Shown piece after piece: positions 1 to 10,930 of a stretch of 64,000 nucleotides of DNA. Numbering within the stretch: position 1 is the stretch's first letter; every line of letters starts with the position of its first letter. This DNA is from Alphaproteobacteria bacterium (GTDB lineage Bacteria > Pseudomonadota > Alphaproteobacteria > UBA8366), in NCBI GenBank assembly GCA_009377445.1, contig WHUA01000001.1, positions 776,759 to 840,758 of the forward strand, read 5' to 3'. The position numbers were made by a program, and so were the translations under genes. The notes under the pieces were generated by a model. It was not told the DNA's origin. It saw only the letters and a list, made by a program, of their open reading frames with translations, and did no database searches.

Positions 1-1
1 C

Positions 2-454
2 CTCGACCGTATCCGCCATGCCAAGGGCGGCACGCCGACCGCCGAGCTCAGGCTCGAGATGCAGCGCATCATGCAGAACAATTGCGCCGTGTTTCGCACC
101 GGCGAGGTGCTGCGGGAAGGCGTCGGCCTGCTTCAGCAGACCGTGCAGCGGCGCCAGGATCTGCACGTGTCCGACCGGTCGATGATATGGAACTCGGATC
201 TCGTCGAAACGCTCGAGCTCGACAATCTCCTGTCGCAGGCGGTCGTCACCATGACCTCCGCCGCGAACCGCGAGGAATCCCGCGGCGCGCATGCGCGCGA
301 AGACTTCCCCAACCGCGACGACGTGACCTGGATGAAGCACACGCTCGCCTGGTGCGACGGCGAGAGCAACGTGCGGATCGACTACCGCCCGGTGGTGATG
401 CAGACGCTGACCAACGAGGTCCAGTCATTTCCCCCGAAGGCGCGGGTATATTGA
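2..454 (+). CDS. sdhA: Succinate dehydrogenase flavoprotein subunit, C-terminal part (starts before window)
   Basis: Frame open from window start; [18 protein letters not shown]...WMKHTL C-terminal signature; directly upstream of sdhB. Confidence 0.97.
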   Translation, partial: LDRIRHAKGGTPTAELRLEMQRIMQNNCAVFRTGEVLREGVGLLQQTVQRRQDLHVSDRSMIWNSDLVETLELDNLLSQAVVTMTSAANREESRGAHAREDFPNRDDVTWMKHTLAWCDGESNVRIDYRPVVMQTLTNEVQSFPPKARVY

Positions 455-495
455 GACGCCGATAATTTCTACGAGCCTGCAAGAAAGACGACGAC

Positions 496-1272
496 ATGGC
501 CGAGTTCACGCTGCCCGCCAATTCCAAGGTCAAAGACGGCAAGAAGTGGCCGGCCGCAGCCGGGGCGAAGCGTGCGAAGGCATTCCGGATATATCGCTGG
601 AATCCGGACGACGGCGCGAATCCGCACGTCGATACCTATACCATCGATCTCGACGATTGCGGCCCGATGGTGCTGGACGCCCTGATCAAGCTCAAGAACG
701 AAGTGGACGCGACGCTCACCTTCCGCCGCTCCTGCCGCGAAGGCGTCTGCGGCTCGTGCGCCATGAACATCGACGGCACGAACACGCTTGCCTGCACCAA
801 ATACATCAGCGACATCGGCGGCGACGTGAAGATCTATCCGCTGCCGCACATGCCGGTGGTCAAGGACCTGGTGCCCGATCTCACCACGGCCTATGCGCAG
901 CTTTCCGCCATCGAGCCGTGGCTCAAGACGACGTCGCCCGCGCCCGACCGCGAGCGGCTGCAGGAGCCGGAAGAGCGGCGCAGGCTGGACGGGCTCTACG
1001 AATGCATCCTGTGCTTCTGCTGCACGACGAGTTGCCCCAGCTATTGGTGGAACGGCGACCGCTACCTCGGGCCGGCGATCCTGCTGCAAGCCTACCGCTG
1101 GATCGCCGACAGCCGCGACGAAGAGACCGGCGACCGTCTCGACCAGCTCGAAGACCCGTTCCGGCTCTATCGCTGCCACACGATCATGAACTGCACTAAA
1201 ACCTGCCCCAAAGGGCTGAATCCGGCGAAGGCGATCGCCGAGATCAAGAAGCTCATGGTGGCAAGGCAGTAG
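496..1272 (+). CDS. sdhB: Succinate dehydrogenase iron-sulfur subunit
   Basis: [22 protein letters not shown] and [12 protein letters not shown] Fe-S motifs. Confidence 0.98.
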   Translation: MAEFTLPANSKVKDGKKWPAAAGAKRAKAFRIYRWNPDDGANPHVDTYTIDLDDCGPMVLDALIKLKNEVDATLTFRRSCREGVCGSCAMNIDGTNTLACTKYISDIGGDVKIYPLPHMPVVKDLVPDLTTAYAQLSAIEPWLKTTSPAPDRERLQEPEERRRLDGLYECILCFCCTTSCPSYWWNGDRYLGPAILLQAYRWIADSRDEETGDRLDQLEDPFRLYRCHTIMNCTKTCPKGLNPAKAIAEIKKLMVARQ

Positions 1273-1294
1273 CAACCGGGATCGAACACGGCCA

Positions 1295-1834
1295 TTGGCT
1301 GACGGCGGACCACGCTTCGACTACGTGATCGTCTTCGGCGCGGCCGTCCGCCCCGACGGCTCGCCGAGCGGCACGCTGCGCCGCCGCATCCGCACGGCCG
1401 TCGGAATGGCCGGAAATTCGCCAGCCGTGCGCTATCTTGTCACGGGCGGGCTCGTCCGCCACCCGCCTGCGGAAGCGGTGGTGATGCGCCGGCTTCTCCT
1501 GGAAATGGGGGCGAGGGACGATCAGATCCTGATCGAGGACCGGGCCCGCAATACGCGCCAGTCGGCAAATTTCTGCGCCGCGATGCTCAGGGGGCGCGGC
1601 GATGTCGCCCGGGTGCTGTTGTGCAGCAGCCGCTATCACCTTCCGAGGTGCCGCTTGCTGCTCCGCCTGAACGGCGTTCGCTGCCGGAACGGCGCCGCGT
1701 CGGACGACGCCCGTGCGGTGGGGCGGGGGCGCTATGCGTATTCGTGGCTGCGCGAATGCGTGGCGCTGCCGCTGGACGCACTTCTGGTAACGTCTCGGCG
1801 TGCGTGGAACGGCATGGCCCGGCGCGAGAGCTGA
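1295..1834 (+). CDS. YdcF/DUF218 family protein
   Basis: IVFGAAV..LRRRI..A, VTGG, AEAVVM, EDRARNT.QSA, SS.YHLPR motifs; TTG start uncertain. Confidence 0.85.
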   Translation: MADGGPRFDYVIVFGAAVRPDGSPSGTLRRRIRTAVGMAGNSPAVRYLVTGGLVRHPPAEAVVMRRLLLEMGARDDQILIEDRARNTRQSANFCAAMLRGRGDVARVLLCSSRYHLPRCRLLLRLNGVRCRNGAASDDARAVGRGRYAYSWLRECVALPLDALLVTSRRAWNGMARRES

Positions 1835-1940
1835 TGGCGAGGCAAAGGCCGTGGCCCCTGCCGCAGCCCGCGAATTGGCCCTGTTCCATGGCGCGGCGGA
1901 TCGCTAAATCACCGCCGCCTTCTCCAACCGGGAGCATGCC

Positions 1941-2576
1941 ATGTACCTGCCGCCTTATTTCGAGGAAACCGACCGCGAAACCCTCTACGGGGTGATCCGC
2001 GACAACAATTTCGGCCTGCTGATCACGACGGTCGACGGCGCGCCATTCGCCACGCATCTGCCGTTCCTGCTCGAGGGCGACCGGCTCGTGGCGCACATGG
2101 CGCGCGCCAATCTGCAATGGCGCGGTTTCGAGCAGGGCGGCGAGGCCTTGTGCGTCTTCCAAGGGCCGCACGGCTATGTGTCGCCGCGGTGGTATGCGGG
2201 GACGCGGCTGGTGCCGACCTGGAACTATGTCGCCGTGCACATCTACGGCAGGCCCCGCATCGTCGCCGACCCCGCCGCTGTCCGCGACCAGCAGGCGCGC
2301 CTCGTCGCGGCGCACGAGGCCGGGGCGGAGAAGCCCTGGACCATGGACGGCCTGCCGGAGAGCTACGTCTCGGGACAGCTCCGCGCGATCGTCACCTTTG
2401 AGATGCCGATCGAGCGCATTGAAGGAAAATTCAAGCTGAATCAAAACCGTACGGCGGAAGACCGGGCCGGCGTCGTGGCCGCTCTCCGGCGCAGCGCGCG
2501 GCCGGGGGACAACGAACTGGCGGAGCTGATGGCGGCCCGCGAAGAAGCGATACTCAAAAAGGACGGCCCCCAATGA
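1941..2576 (+). CDS. FMN-binding PaiB-like negative transcriptional regulator family protein
   Basis: MYLPPYF, ATHLPF, HMARAN, GYVSPRWY, VPTWNYVAVH, GKFKLNQN motifs. Confidence 0.9.
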   Translation: MYLPPYFEETDRETLYGVIRDNNFGLLITTVDGAPFATHLPFLLEGDRLVAHMARANLQWRGFEQGGEALCVFQGPHGYVSPRWYAGTRLVPTWNYVAVHIYGRPRIVADPAAVRDQQARLVAAHEAGAEKPWTMDGLPESYVSGQLRAIVTFEMPIERIEGKFKLNQNRTAEDRAGVVAALRRSARPGDNELAELMAAREEAILKKDGPQ

Positions 2577-2673
2577 CCTCGGCTCAATACGGGTTCCCCG
2601 ATGGACTCCTGGCGAATGCCGGCTGTTTACTGCGGCTGGACCGCAAGCCTGCAGGGGTTACAAGGACTCATCG

Positions 2674-3621
2674 GTGGAACTATCCGTCGTAATGCCCACC
2701 TACAATGCGGCGAAGCATCTCGGCGCGGCGATCGAAAGCGTGTTGGCGCAAACATTCCGCGATTTCGCCTTCGTCATCGTCGACGACGGCTCGACCGACG
2801 ATACGCTCGAAATCGTGCGGCGATATGCGGCCCGCGATTCGCGGATCGCCGTGCACGCCTGCGAGCACCGGGGAATCAGCGGAACGCTGAATTACGCCCT
2901 CGGCGCGGCGAGCACCGAATGGGTCGCCATCATGCATTCCGACGATACGATGCAGCCGAACCGCCTGGAGCGCCAATTGGCGTTCATCGCCGCGAATCCG
3001 GACATCGCCGTCGCGTCCAGCTTCGTCAACTACATCAGCGGCCAGGGCCGGAAGATCGGGCAGTTCCGCTCCGAGCTTACGACGCGCGCCGCCGTTGCCG
3101 CGACGCTCGGCCGGGGCCATTCGATCGGCTTCCATCATCCGGCGGTGATCATGCGGAAGTCCGTCGCCGCCGCGGTCGGCGGCTATCGCGACAAGTTGGA
3201 TGGGTGCGAAGACCTCGACCTGTGGACCCGGATCGCGCGGGAAGGCCATTGCGTCCTCGTGCAGCCGGAGTTCCTGCTCAATTACCGCATTCACGAAGGA
3301 TCGCTCTCCGTGCGCAAGCATCGGATGACGACGCTCCTGAACGAATACGTTCAGTTCAACCTCAGGCGCTACAAGGAAGGCGTCCCCGAAGTCTCGCTCG
3401 ACGAATTCTTCGACATCCTGGCGCGGATGCCGTTCTGGCAGCGCTGTATGCATGAGCGCTGCCTCTGGGGCGACCATTTCTTCAAGCGGTCCGCGGTGAA
3501 CTACGCGAACGGCCGGATCGCCGCATTCCTGGGATCCATGGCATGCGCGATCCTCCTTCGTCCCGGAATGACGCTTGCCAAGATCGCCGCCAAGTTCCAT
3601 TGGGCGGGTGCGATCTCCTGA
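2674..3621 (+). CDS. Glycosyltransferase family 2
   Basis: LSVVMPTYNAA, IVDDGSTD, HSDD, EDLDLW motifs; GTG start. Confidence 0.9.
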   Translation: MELSVVMPTYNAAKHLGAAIESVLAQTFRDFAFVIVDDGSTDDTLEIVRRYAARDSRIAVHACEHRGISGTLNYALGAASTEWVAIMHSDDTMQPNRLERQLAFIAANPDIAVASSFVNYISGQGRKIGQFRSELTTRAAVAATLGRGHSIGFHHPAVIMRKSVAAAVGGYRDKLDGCEDLDLWTRIAREGHCVLVQPEFLLNYRIHEGSLSVRKHRMTTLLNEYVQFNLRRYKEGVPEVSLDEFFDILARMPFWQRCMHERCLWGDHFFKRSAVNYANGRIAAFLGSMACAILLRPGMTLAKIAAKFHWAGAIS

Positions 3622-3712
3622 TCGCCGCGCGCCGAAAGGCTGTCCCGACGGCATTGCGGCAGTTACACTTCGACGGTGGAATGGGATTGCCCACCCGCTC
3701 GGAGTGCCGCCG

Positions 3713-5083
3713 ATGAATTTATTCAAGCTCCTGCAGCAGCGCGCGGAGACCGGCCGCCCCGTTCGCGTCGGATTGATCGGCGCGGGCAAGTTCGGCTCGA
3801 TGTTTCTCGCGCAGGCGATCCGCACGCCGGGACTCCATGTGCTCGGCATCGCGGACCTGGCGCCGGATCGTGCGAGGGCGGCCCTGGCCCGCGTCGGCTG
3901 GCCTGAGGAAAGCTACGCCGCGCCATCCTTTGACAGGGCGCTGGCGACCGGCGCCACCTTCATCACCGACGATGCGGAAAAGCTGGTCGCGGCCGACGGC
4001 CTCGATGCCGTGATCGACGCGACCGGCAGCCCCGCCGCCGGCATACGCCATGCGGCGCTGGCCTGCGAGCACGGCCGCCACATCGTGATGGTCAACGTCG
4101 AGGCGGACGTGCTGGCGGGTCCCCTGCTTGCCGAGCGCGCGCGGAAGGCGGGGCTCGTCTATTCCATGGCCTATGGCGACCAGCCGGCGCTGATCTGCGA
4201 GATGGTCGACTGGGCCCGCGCCGCCGGTTTCGACGTCGTCTGCGCCGGCAAGGGCACGAAGTATCTTCCCGAATACCATGCCTCCACGCCGGACACCGTC
4301 TGGGGCTATTACGGCTTGACCCCCGAGCAGGCCCGGGCCGGCGGCATGAACCCGCAGATGTTCAATTCCTTCCTCGACGGAACCAAGTCGGCGATCGAGA
4401 TGGCGACGGTCGCGAACGCGACCGGCTTGACGCCGCCGGACGACGGGCTCGCCTTCCCGCCCTGCGGCGTCGACGACCTGCCGGCCATGCTCAAGCCCCG
4501 CGCCGCCGGGGGCGTGCTGCAAGGCAAAGGCATGGTCGAGGTCGTGTCCAGCATCGCCCGCGACGGCGGGACGCTGGATCGCGACCTGCGCTGGGGCGTC
4601 TACGCCGTCTTCGAGGCGCCGAGCGATTACGTCGCGCGCTGCTTCTCGGAATACGGTCTCAAGACGGATGCGTCGGGCCGGTACGCGGCGATGTACAAGC
4701 CGTATCACCTGATCGGCCTCGAGCTCGGCATCTCGGTCGCCAGCGCGGTCCTCCGCGGCGAGCCGACCGGCGCCTCGGCCGATTGGCGCGGCGACGTCGC
4801 CGCCGTGGCGAAGCGCGATCTGGCGTCCGGCGAAGTGCTCGACGGCGAAGGCGGCCATATGGTGTGGGGCAAGCTGATGCCGGCGGCGCGCTCGCAGGCG
4901 CTGTCCGCCCTGCCGATCGGGCTCGCGCATGGTTGCCGGTTGACGCGGCCGGTGAAAGCGGGCGCCTGCGTCCGCACCGGCGACGTGCAGCTCGACCCCG
5001 CCGAGGAAATCGTTCGTGTCCGGCGCGAAATGGAAGCCCGGTTCGGATCGCCCGCCGGCGGCGCGGCGGCCGTCGCCGAATAG
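3713..5083 (+). CDS. NAD(P)-dependent oxidoreductase (homoserine dehydrogenase-like) with C-terminal SAF domain
   Basis: VGLIGAGKFG Rossmann motif, MVNVEAD, GDQP, LDGEGG SAF segment; ATG at 3713 chosen instead of the ORF-track start. Confidence 0.8.
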   Translation: MNLFKLLQQRAETGRPVRVGLIGAGKFGSMFLAQAIRTPGLHVLGIADLAPDRARAALARVGWPEESYAAPSFDRALATGATFITDDAEKLVAADGLDAVIDATGSPAAGIRHAALACEHGRHIVMVNVEADVLAGPLLAERARKAGLVYSMAYGDQPALICEMVDWARAAGFDVVCAGKGTKYLPEYHASTPDTVWGYYGLTPEQARAGGMNPQMFNSFLDGTKSAIEMATVANATGLTPPDDGLAFPPCGVDDLPAMLKPRAAGGVLQGKGMVEVVSSIARDGGTLDRDLRWGVYAVFEAPSDYVARCFSEYGLKTDASGRYAAMYKPYHLIGLELGISVASAVLRGEPTGASADWRGDVAAVAKRDLASGEVLDGEGGHMVWGKLMPAARSQALSALPIGLAHGCRLTRPVKAGACVRTGDVQLDPAEEIVRVRREMEARFGSPAGGAAAVAE

Positions 5084-5192
5084 AGCCGCTGTTTCACGCT
5101 CCGGCGCGGGCGATGCTTGCAATTCGCATTCGCTTCGACGCACACTGCCGCCGCCCGAGGGGTACGAAAAAACAATTAAGTGGGGGCTCCGC

Positions 5193-5864
5193 ATGCCGTG
5201 TCCGTGGCGAATCGCCGTACTCCTTTTCGCATTGATGTTCGTGACGCCCGCCTGGGCGGATGACCGCGCCGGATTCTACGCCGGGCTGCGTCTCATCGGC
5301 GCGGTCACGGACCTGGAGAATGTCGAGGCGACCGGATTCAACGGCTCCTATGCGGAGCGGCATGGAACCGATTACGTCGGCGGCGGCGGCGGCGTCATCG
5401 GGTACCGTTGGAGCAGGCTGCCGTTCCGGACCGAGCTCGAAATGGTGCATCGCGTGCGGTTCGATTGGGATTTCCGCGACGATGGGACGCCGGCCGTCGG
5501 CTACAACAACAATCTCGAGAGCACCAACCTGCTGGTCAACATCCTGTTCGAATACCGCAACAAGAGCAGTTTTACGCCGTTCCTCGGCGGCACGGTCGGC
5601 TGGGCCCGCAACCACAGCAACGTCGAGCGCACGAACATCGGAACGTCGGTCACGACCGAGCAGAGCAACACCGAAAACAACATCGCCTGGGGCGTCATGC
5701 TGGGCGTCGACTGGGCTTTTGCACAAAAATGGAGCACCGAGTTCGCCTATCGCTACATCAACCTGGGCGAAGCGAGCACCGGCGACTTCCCGACGGGGGA
5801 GAGCGTCGCGGCGGACGACTATGTGTCGCATGACCTGCTGCTCTCCGTGATGTACAAATGGTAG
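5193..5864 (+). CDS. Outer-membrane beta-barrel protein (OmpA-like/opacity type)
   Basis: Signal peptide ending AWA, alternating beta-strand pattern, FTPFLGGTVG, AYRYINLG, C-terminal aromatic YKW. Confidence 0.82.
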   Translation: MPCPWRIAVLLFALMFVTPAWADDRAGFYAGLRLIGAVTDLENVEATGFNGSYAERHGTDYVGGGGGVIGYRWSRLPFRTELEMVHRVRFDWDFRDDGTPAVGYNNNLESTNLLVNILFEYRNKSSFTPFLGGTVGWARNHSNVERTNIGTSVTTEQSNTENNIAWGVMLGVDWAFAQKWSTEFAYRYINLGEASTGDFPTGESVAADDYVSHDLLLSVMYKW

Positions 5865-5918
5865 CTCCGGGGCCTGTTTGGCCTGCCTGATTTCTTAAAC
5901 TCCTGCATTGCCGTTATC

Positions 5919-7082
5919 GTGTCGGACAGCGGAGCAACCGATCCGAAGCCTATGGTCGACGGTCCTTTGTTTGCCTATCGCGCGCTGCGCCGGGCGGGCG
6001 ATCTTCAGCCCGACCCGATGCAGGAGCTTGCGGCCGAGAAGCTGCAGAGCCTGCACAAGGCGCTGAGCGGCTATGAGCCGTCCAAGGGGCCGCAGGGCTG
6101 GGCGGCGCGGCTCGGATTCGTCCGCCGCGCAGAGGAGCCGCCGCAGGGCCTCTATATCTACGGGCCTGTCGGGCGCGGCAAGTCGATGCTCATGGATATC
6201 TTCTTCGAGCATGCGCAGGTCGCGAAAAAGCGGCGCGTGCATTTCCATCAATTCATGATCGAGGTGCACGACGCGGTGCATGCCTGGCGGCAGGACGCGG
6301 AGCGAAAAAGCGACCGCGACCCGCTGCCGCAGATCGCCGAGAAGATCGCCGCGGATACCTGGCTCCTCTGCTTCGACGAATTCCACGTCACCAACATCGC
6401 GGATGCGATGATCCTGGGCCGCCTCTTCACGGCGCTGTTCCAGAACGGGGTGGTCGTGGTGACGACGTCGAATTTTGCGCCGGACGATCTCTACAGGAAC
6501 GGCCTGCAGCGGGTGCGCTTCCTTCCCTTCATCGACCTGCTCAAACAGCGGCTGGATTGCCTCGAGCTCGCCTCGCCGACGGACTATCGCCTGGCGCGGC
6601 TGAAGGCGATGCGGGTATACCATGCGCCGCTCGGCCCGGCGGCGGCGCAGACGATGCAGCGCGTCTTCGATGACCTGACGGCGGGCTCCGAAGCGGGCGG
6701 CGACGAAATCACCGTAAAGGGGCGCATCGTTCCGGTCCCGCGCACGGCGCGCGGCGTCGCATGGTTCTCCTTCGGCGCGCTGTGCGGCCAGCCGCTCGGC
6801 GCGGAGGATTACATCGCGATCTCGCGCCGCTATCATACCGTCATGCTGGAGGGCGTGCCCCGGCTCACCGAGGACAGGCGCAACGAGGCGAAGCGGTTCA
6901 TGACCCTGATCGACACGCTCTACGAGCACAAGGTCAAGCTGGTGATGTCCGCGGCGACGGCGCCGCACGATCTCTACGTGGGCAAAACCCATTCCTTTGA
7001 GTTCGAGCGCACGATCAGCCGGTTGATGGCGATGCAGTCGAACGACTATCTCGCATCCGAACACTGCGAAGCCGCGGAATGA
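5919..7082 (+). CDS. zapE: Cell division ATPase ZapE (AFG1 family)
   Basis: GLYIYGPVGRGKS Walker A, LLCFDEFHV Walker B, TSNFAPDDLY, RFMTLIDTLYE. Confidence 0.95.
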   Translation: MSDSGATDPKPMVDGPLFAYRALRRAGDLQPDPMQELAAEKLQSLHKALSGYEPSKGPQGWAARLGFVRRAEEPPQGLYIYGPVGRGKSMLMDIFFEHAQVAKKRRVHFHQFMIEVHDAVHAWRQDAERKSDRDPLPQIAEKIAADTWLLCFDEFHVTNIADAMILGRLFTALFQNGVVVVTTSNFAPDDLYRNGLQRVRFLPFIDLLKQRLDCLELASPTDYRLARLKAMRVYHAPLGPAAAQTMQRVFDDLTAGSEAGGDEITVKGRIVPVPRTARGVAWFSFGALCGQPLGAEDYIAISRRYHTVMLEGVPRLTEDRRNEAKRFMTLIDTLYEHKVKLVMSAATAPHDLYVGKTHSFEFERTISRLMAMQSNDYLASEHCEAAE

Positions 7083-7537
7083 GCCTGTTCCGCCGAAGCG
7101 TCGACGATTCGGACACGATCCGGCCTTCTCTCTTGCAGGACGGCTTTCTCGCGCTCGGCTGCCTGATCCTGGGCATCGGCCTGCTGCGCATGGACGCGGA
7201 GGATTTCGAGGGCGCGATGCTTGTAGCTGCGTTCGTCCTGGTCGGCGCCGTCGTCATCATGGCGGCGCATCTGCCGGGATGCACCGGCATTTGGCTCGAT
7301 GGCGAAGGCTTCCTCGTGCGCGAGATGTACAGGAGCGAGCGTTACCGGTGGTCCGAGGTCGGCCCCTTCATGGTCCGCCGTCGCATGCTCGGCTTGGGCG
7401 TCGATTTTTCCTACATGCCGACGGGAGAGACTGTGCCGGTGATGCGCAGCCTGCCGCGCGGGCTCGGCGACTCGGGATGGAAGATCGCCCTTCGGATGAA
7501 CGGGAGGCGCGAGCGCGCGGTCGGGACGGGAAACTGA
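7079..7537 (+). CDS. Hypothetical membrane protein (two TM segments plus PH-like soluble domain)
   Basis: Overlaps zapE stop (ATGA); two hydrophobic segments followed by LDGEGF..YRWSEV. Confidence 0.6.
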   Translation: MSLFRRSVDDSDTIRPSLLQDGFLALGCLILGIGLLRMDAEDFEGAMLVAAFVLVGAVVIMAAHLPGCTGIWLDGEGFLVREMYRSERYRWSEVGPFMVRRRMLGLGVDFSYMPTGETVPVMRSLPRGLGDSGWKIALRMNGRRERAVGTGN

Positions 7538-8626
<1,089 letters not shown>

Positions 8627-8821
8627 GGTATTTGGTAACAAATAGATAATGGTTTTCTGCTAGCTCTGGCCCTGCGGCGGCGGTTGCATGGGACTCGCAT
8701 GACCCTAATTACCACACCAAACCGTGTCTGCGGTTTGGATAAAGACATATTCTTTGACGCGGAGATCGGGCATTCTCGCGAAGTAACAACTTCATGAGAT
8801 TGTTGTCGAAAGCGGGCATCC

Positions 8822-10017
8822 ATGAACATTCATGAGTACCAGGCCAAGAGCCTGCTGAAGGAATTCGGCGTTGCCGTGCCGCGCGGCGGCGTGGCCTTTT
8901 CCGCCAAGGAGGCGGACGGCGTCGCCAAGGAGCTGGGCGGGCCGGTCTGGGTGGTCAAGTCGCAGATTCACGCCGGCGGCCGCGGCGCGGGGCGCTTCAA
9001 GGACGACCCCAAGGGCAAGGGCGGCGTCCGGCTCGCGAAATCGCCGGGCGAGGTCAAGGAACATGTCGCCGCCATGCTGGGCCATGTGCTGGTGACGAAG
9101 CAGACCGGGCCCGCCGGCAAGGAAGTCCGCCGCCTCTATGTCGAAGAGGGTTGCGACATCGCGCGCGAGCTCTATGTCGCGATGCTGCTGGACCGCGCGA
9201 CGAGCCGGATCACGATCGTCGCCTCGACGGAAGGCGGCATGGAGATCGAGGAAGTCGCCGCGCACACGCCGGAGAAGATCGTCCGGGTCGCGATCGATCC
9301 CATCACCGGCATATCGGGATTTCATGCGCGTAAGGTCGCCTTCGGCCTCGGGCTGAAGGGCAAGCAGGTCTCGTCCGTGGTCAAGATGCTGACGGGCATC
9401 TATCGCGCCCTCACCGAGTTGGACGCCAGTCTCGTCGAGGTCAATCCGCTGGTCGTGACGGGCGCCGGCGACGTCATCGCGCTCGACGCGAAGATGAACT
9501 TCGACGACAACGCGCTGTTCCGTCATCCGCAGCTCGCCGAGATGCGCGACGAGACCGAGGAGGACCCGGCCGAGCTCGAGGCCTCGGCGCACGAGCTGAA
9601 CTACGTCAAGCTCGACGGCAATATCGGCTGCATGGTGAACGGCGCCGGCCTTGCCATGGCGACGATGGACATCATCAAGCTCTACGGCAGCGCGCCTGCC
9701 AACTTCCTCGATGTCGGCGGCAACGCGAACAAGGAGCGCGTCACGGCGGCGTTCAAGATCATCCTGTCCGATCCCAACGTCAGGGGCATCCTGGTCAACA
9801 TCTTCGGCGGCATCATGCGATGCGACATCATCGCCGAGGGCGTCGTGGCCGCGGCGAAGGAGCTGCGCCTCTCGGTGCCCCTGGTGGTGCGCCTCGAAGG
9901 CACCAACGTCGAGCTCGGCAAGAAGATCATGGCGCAGTCCGGCTTGCCGATCATTTCCGCGGACAACCTGGCGGACGCCGCCGAAAAGATCGTCAAAGCG
10001 GTAAAGGAGGCAGGCTG

Positions 10018-10018
<1 letters not shown>
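8822..10018 (+). CDS. sucC: Succinyl-CoA synthetase beta subunit
   Basis: [38 protein letters not shown]. Confidence 0.98.
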
Positions 10019-10893
<875 letters not shown>

Positions 10894-10930
10894 CTCGGGC
10901 CGGGAGGCGAAATACCGGGCGAGGACAGCA

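Noticed and set aside
3713-5083. Flagellar FlgA call
   Set aside because: Only the C-terminal SAF domain is shared; the bulk is a Rossmann oxidoreductase and there are no flagellar neighbours
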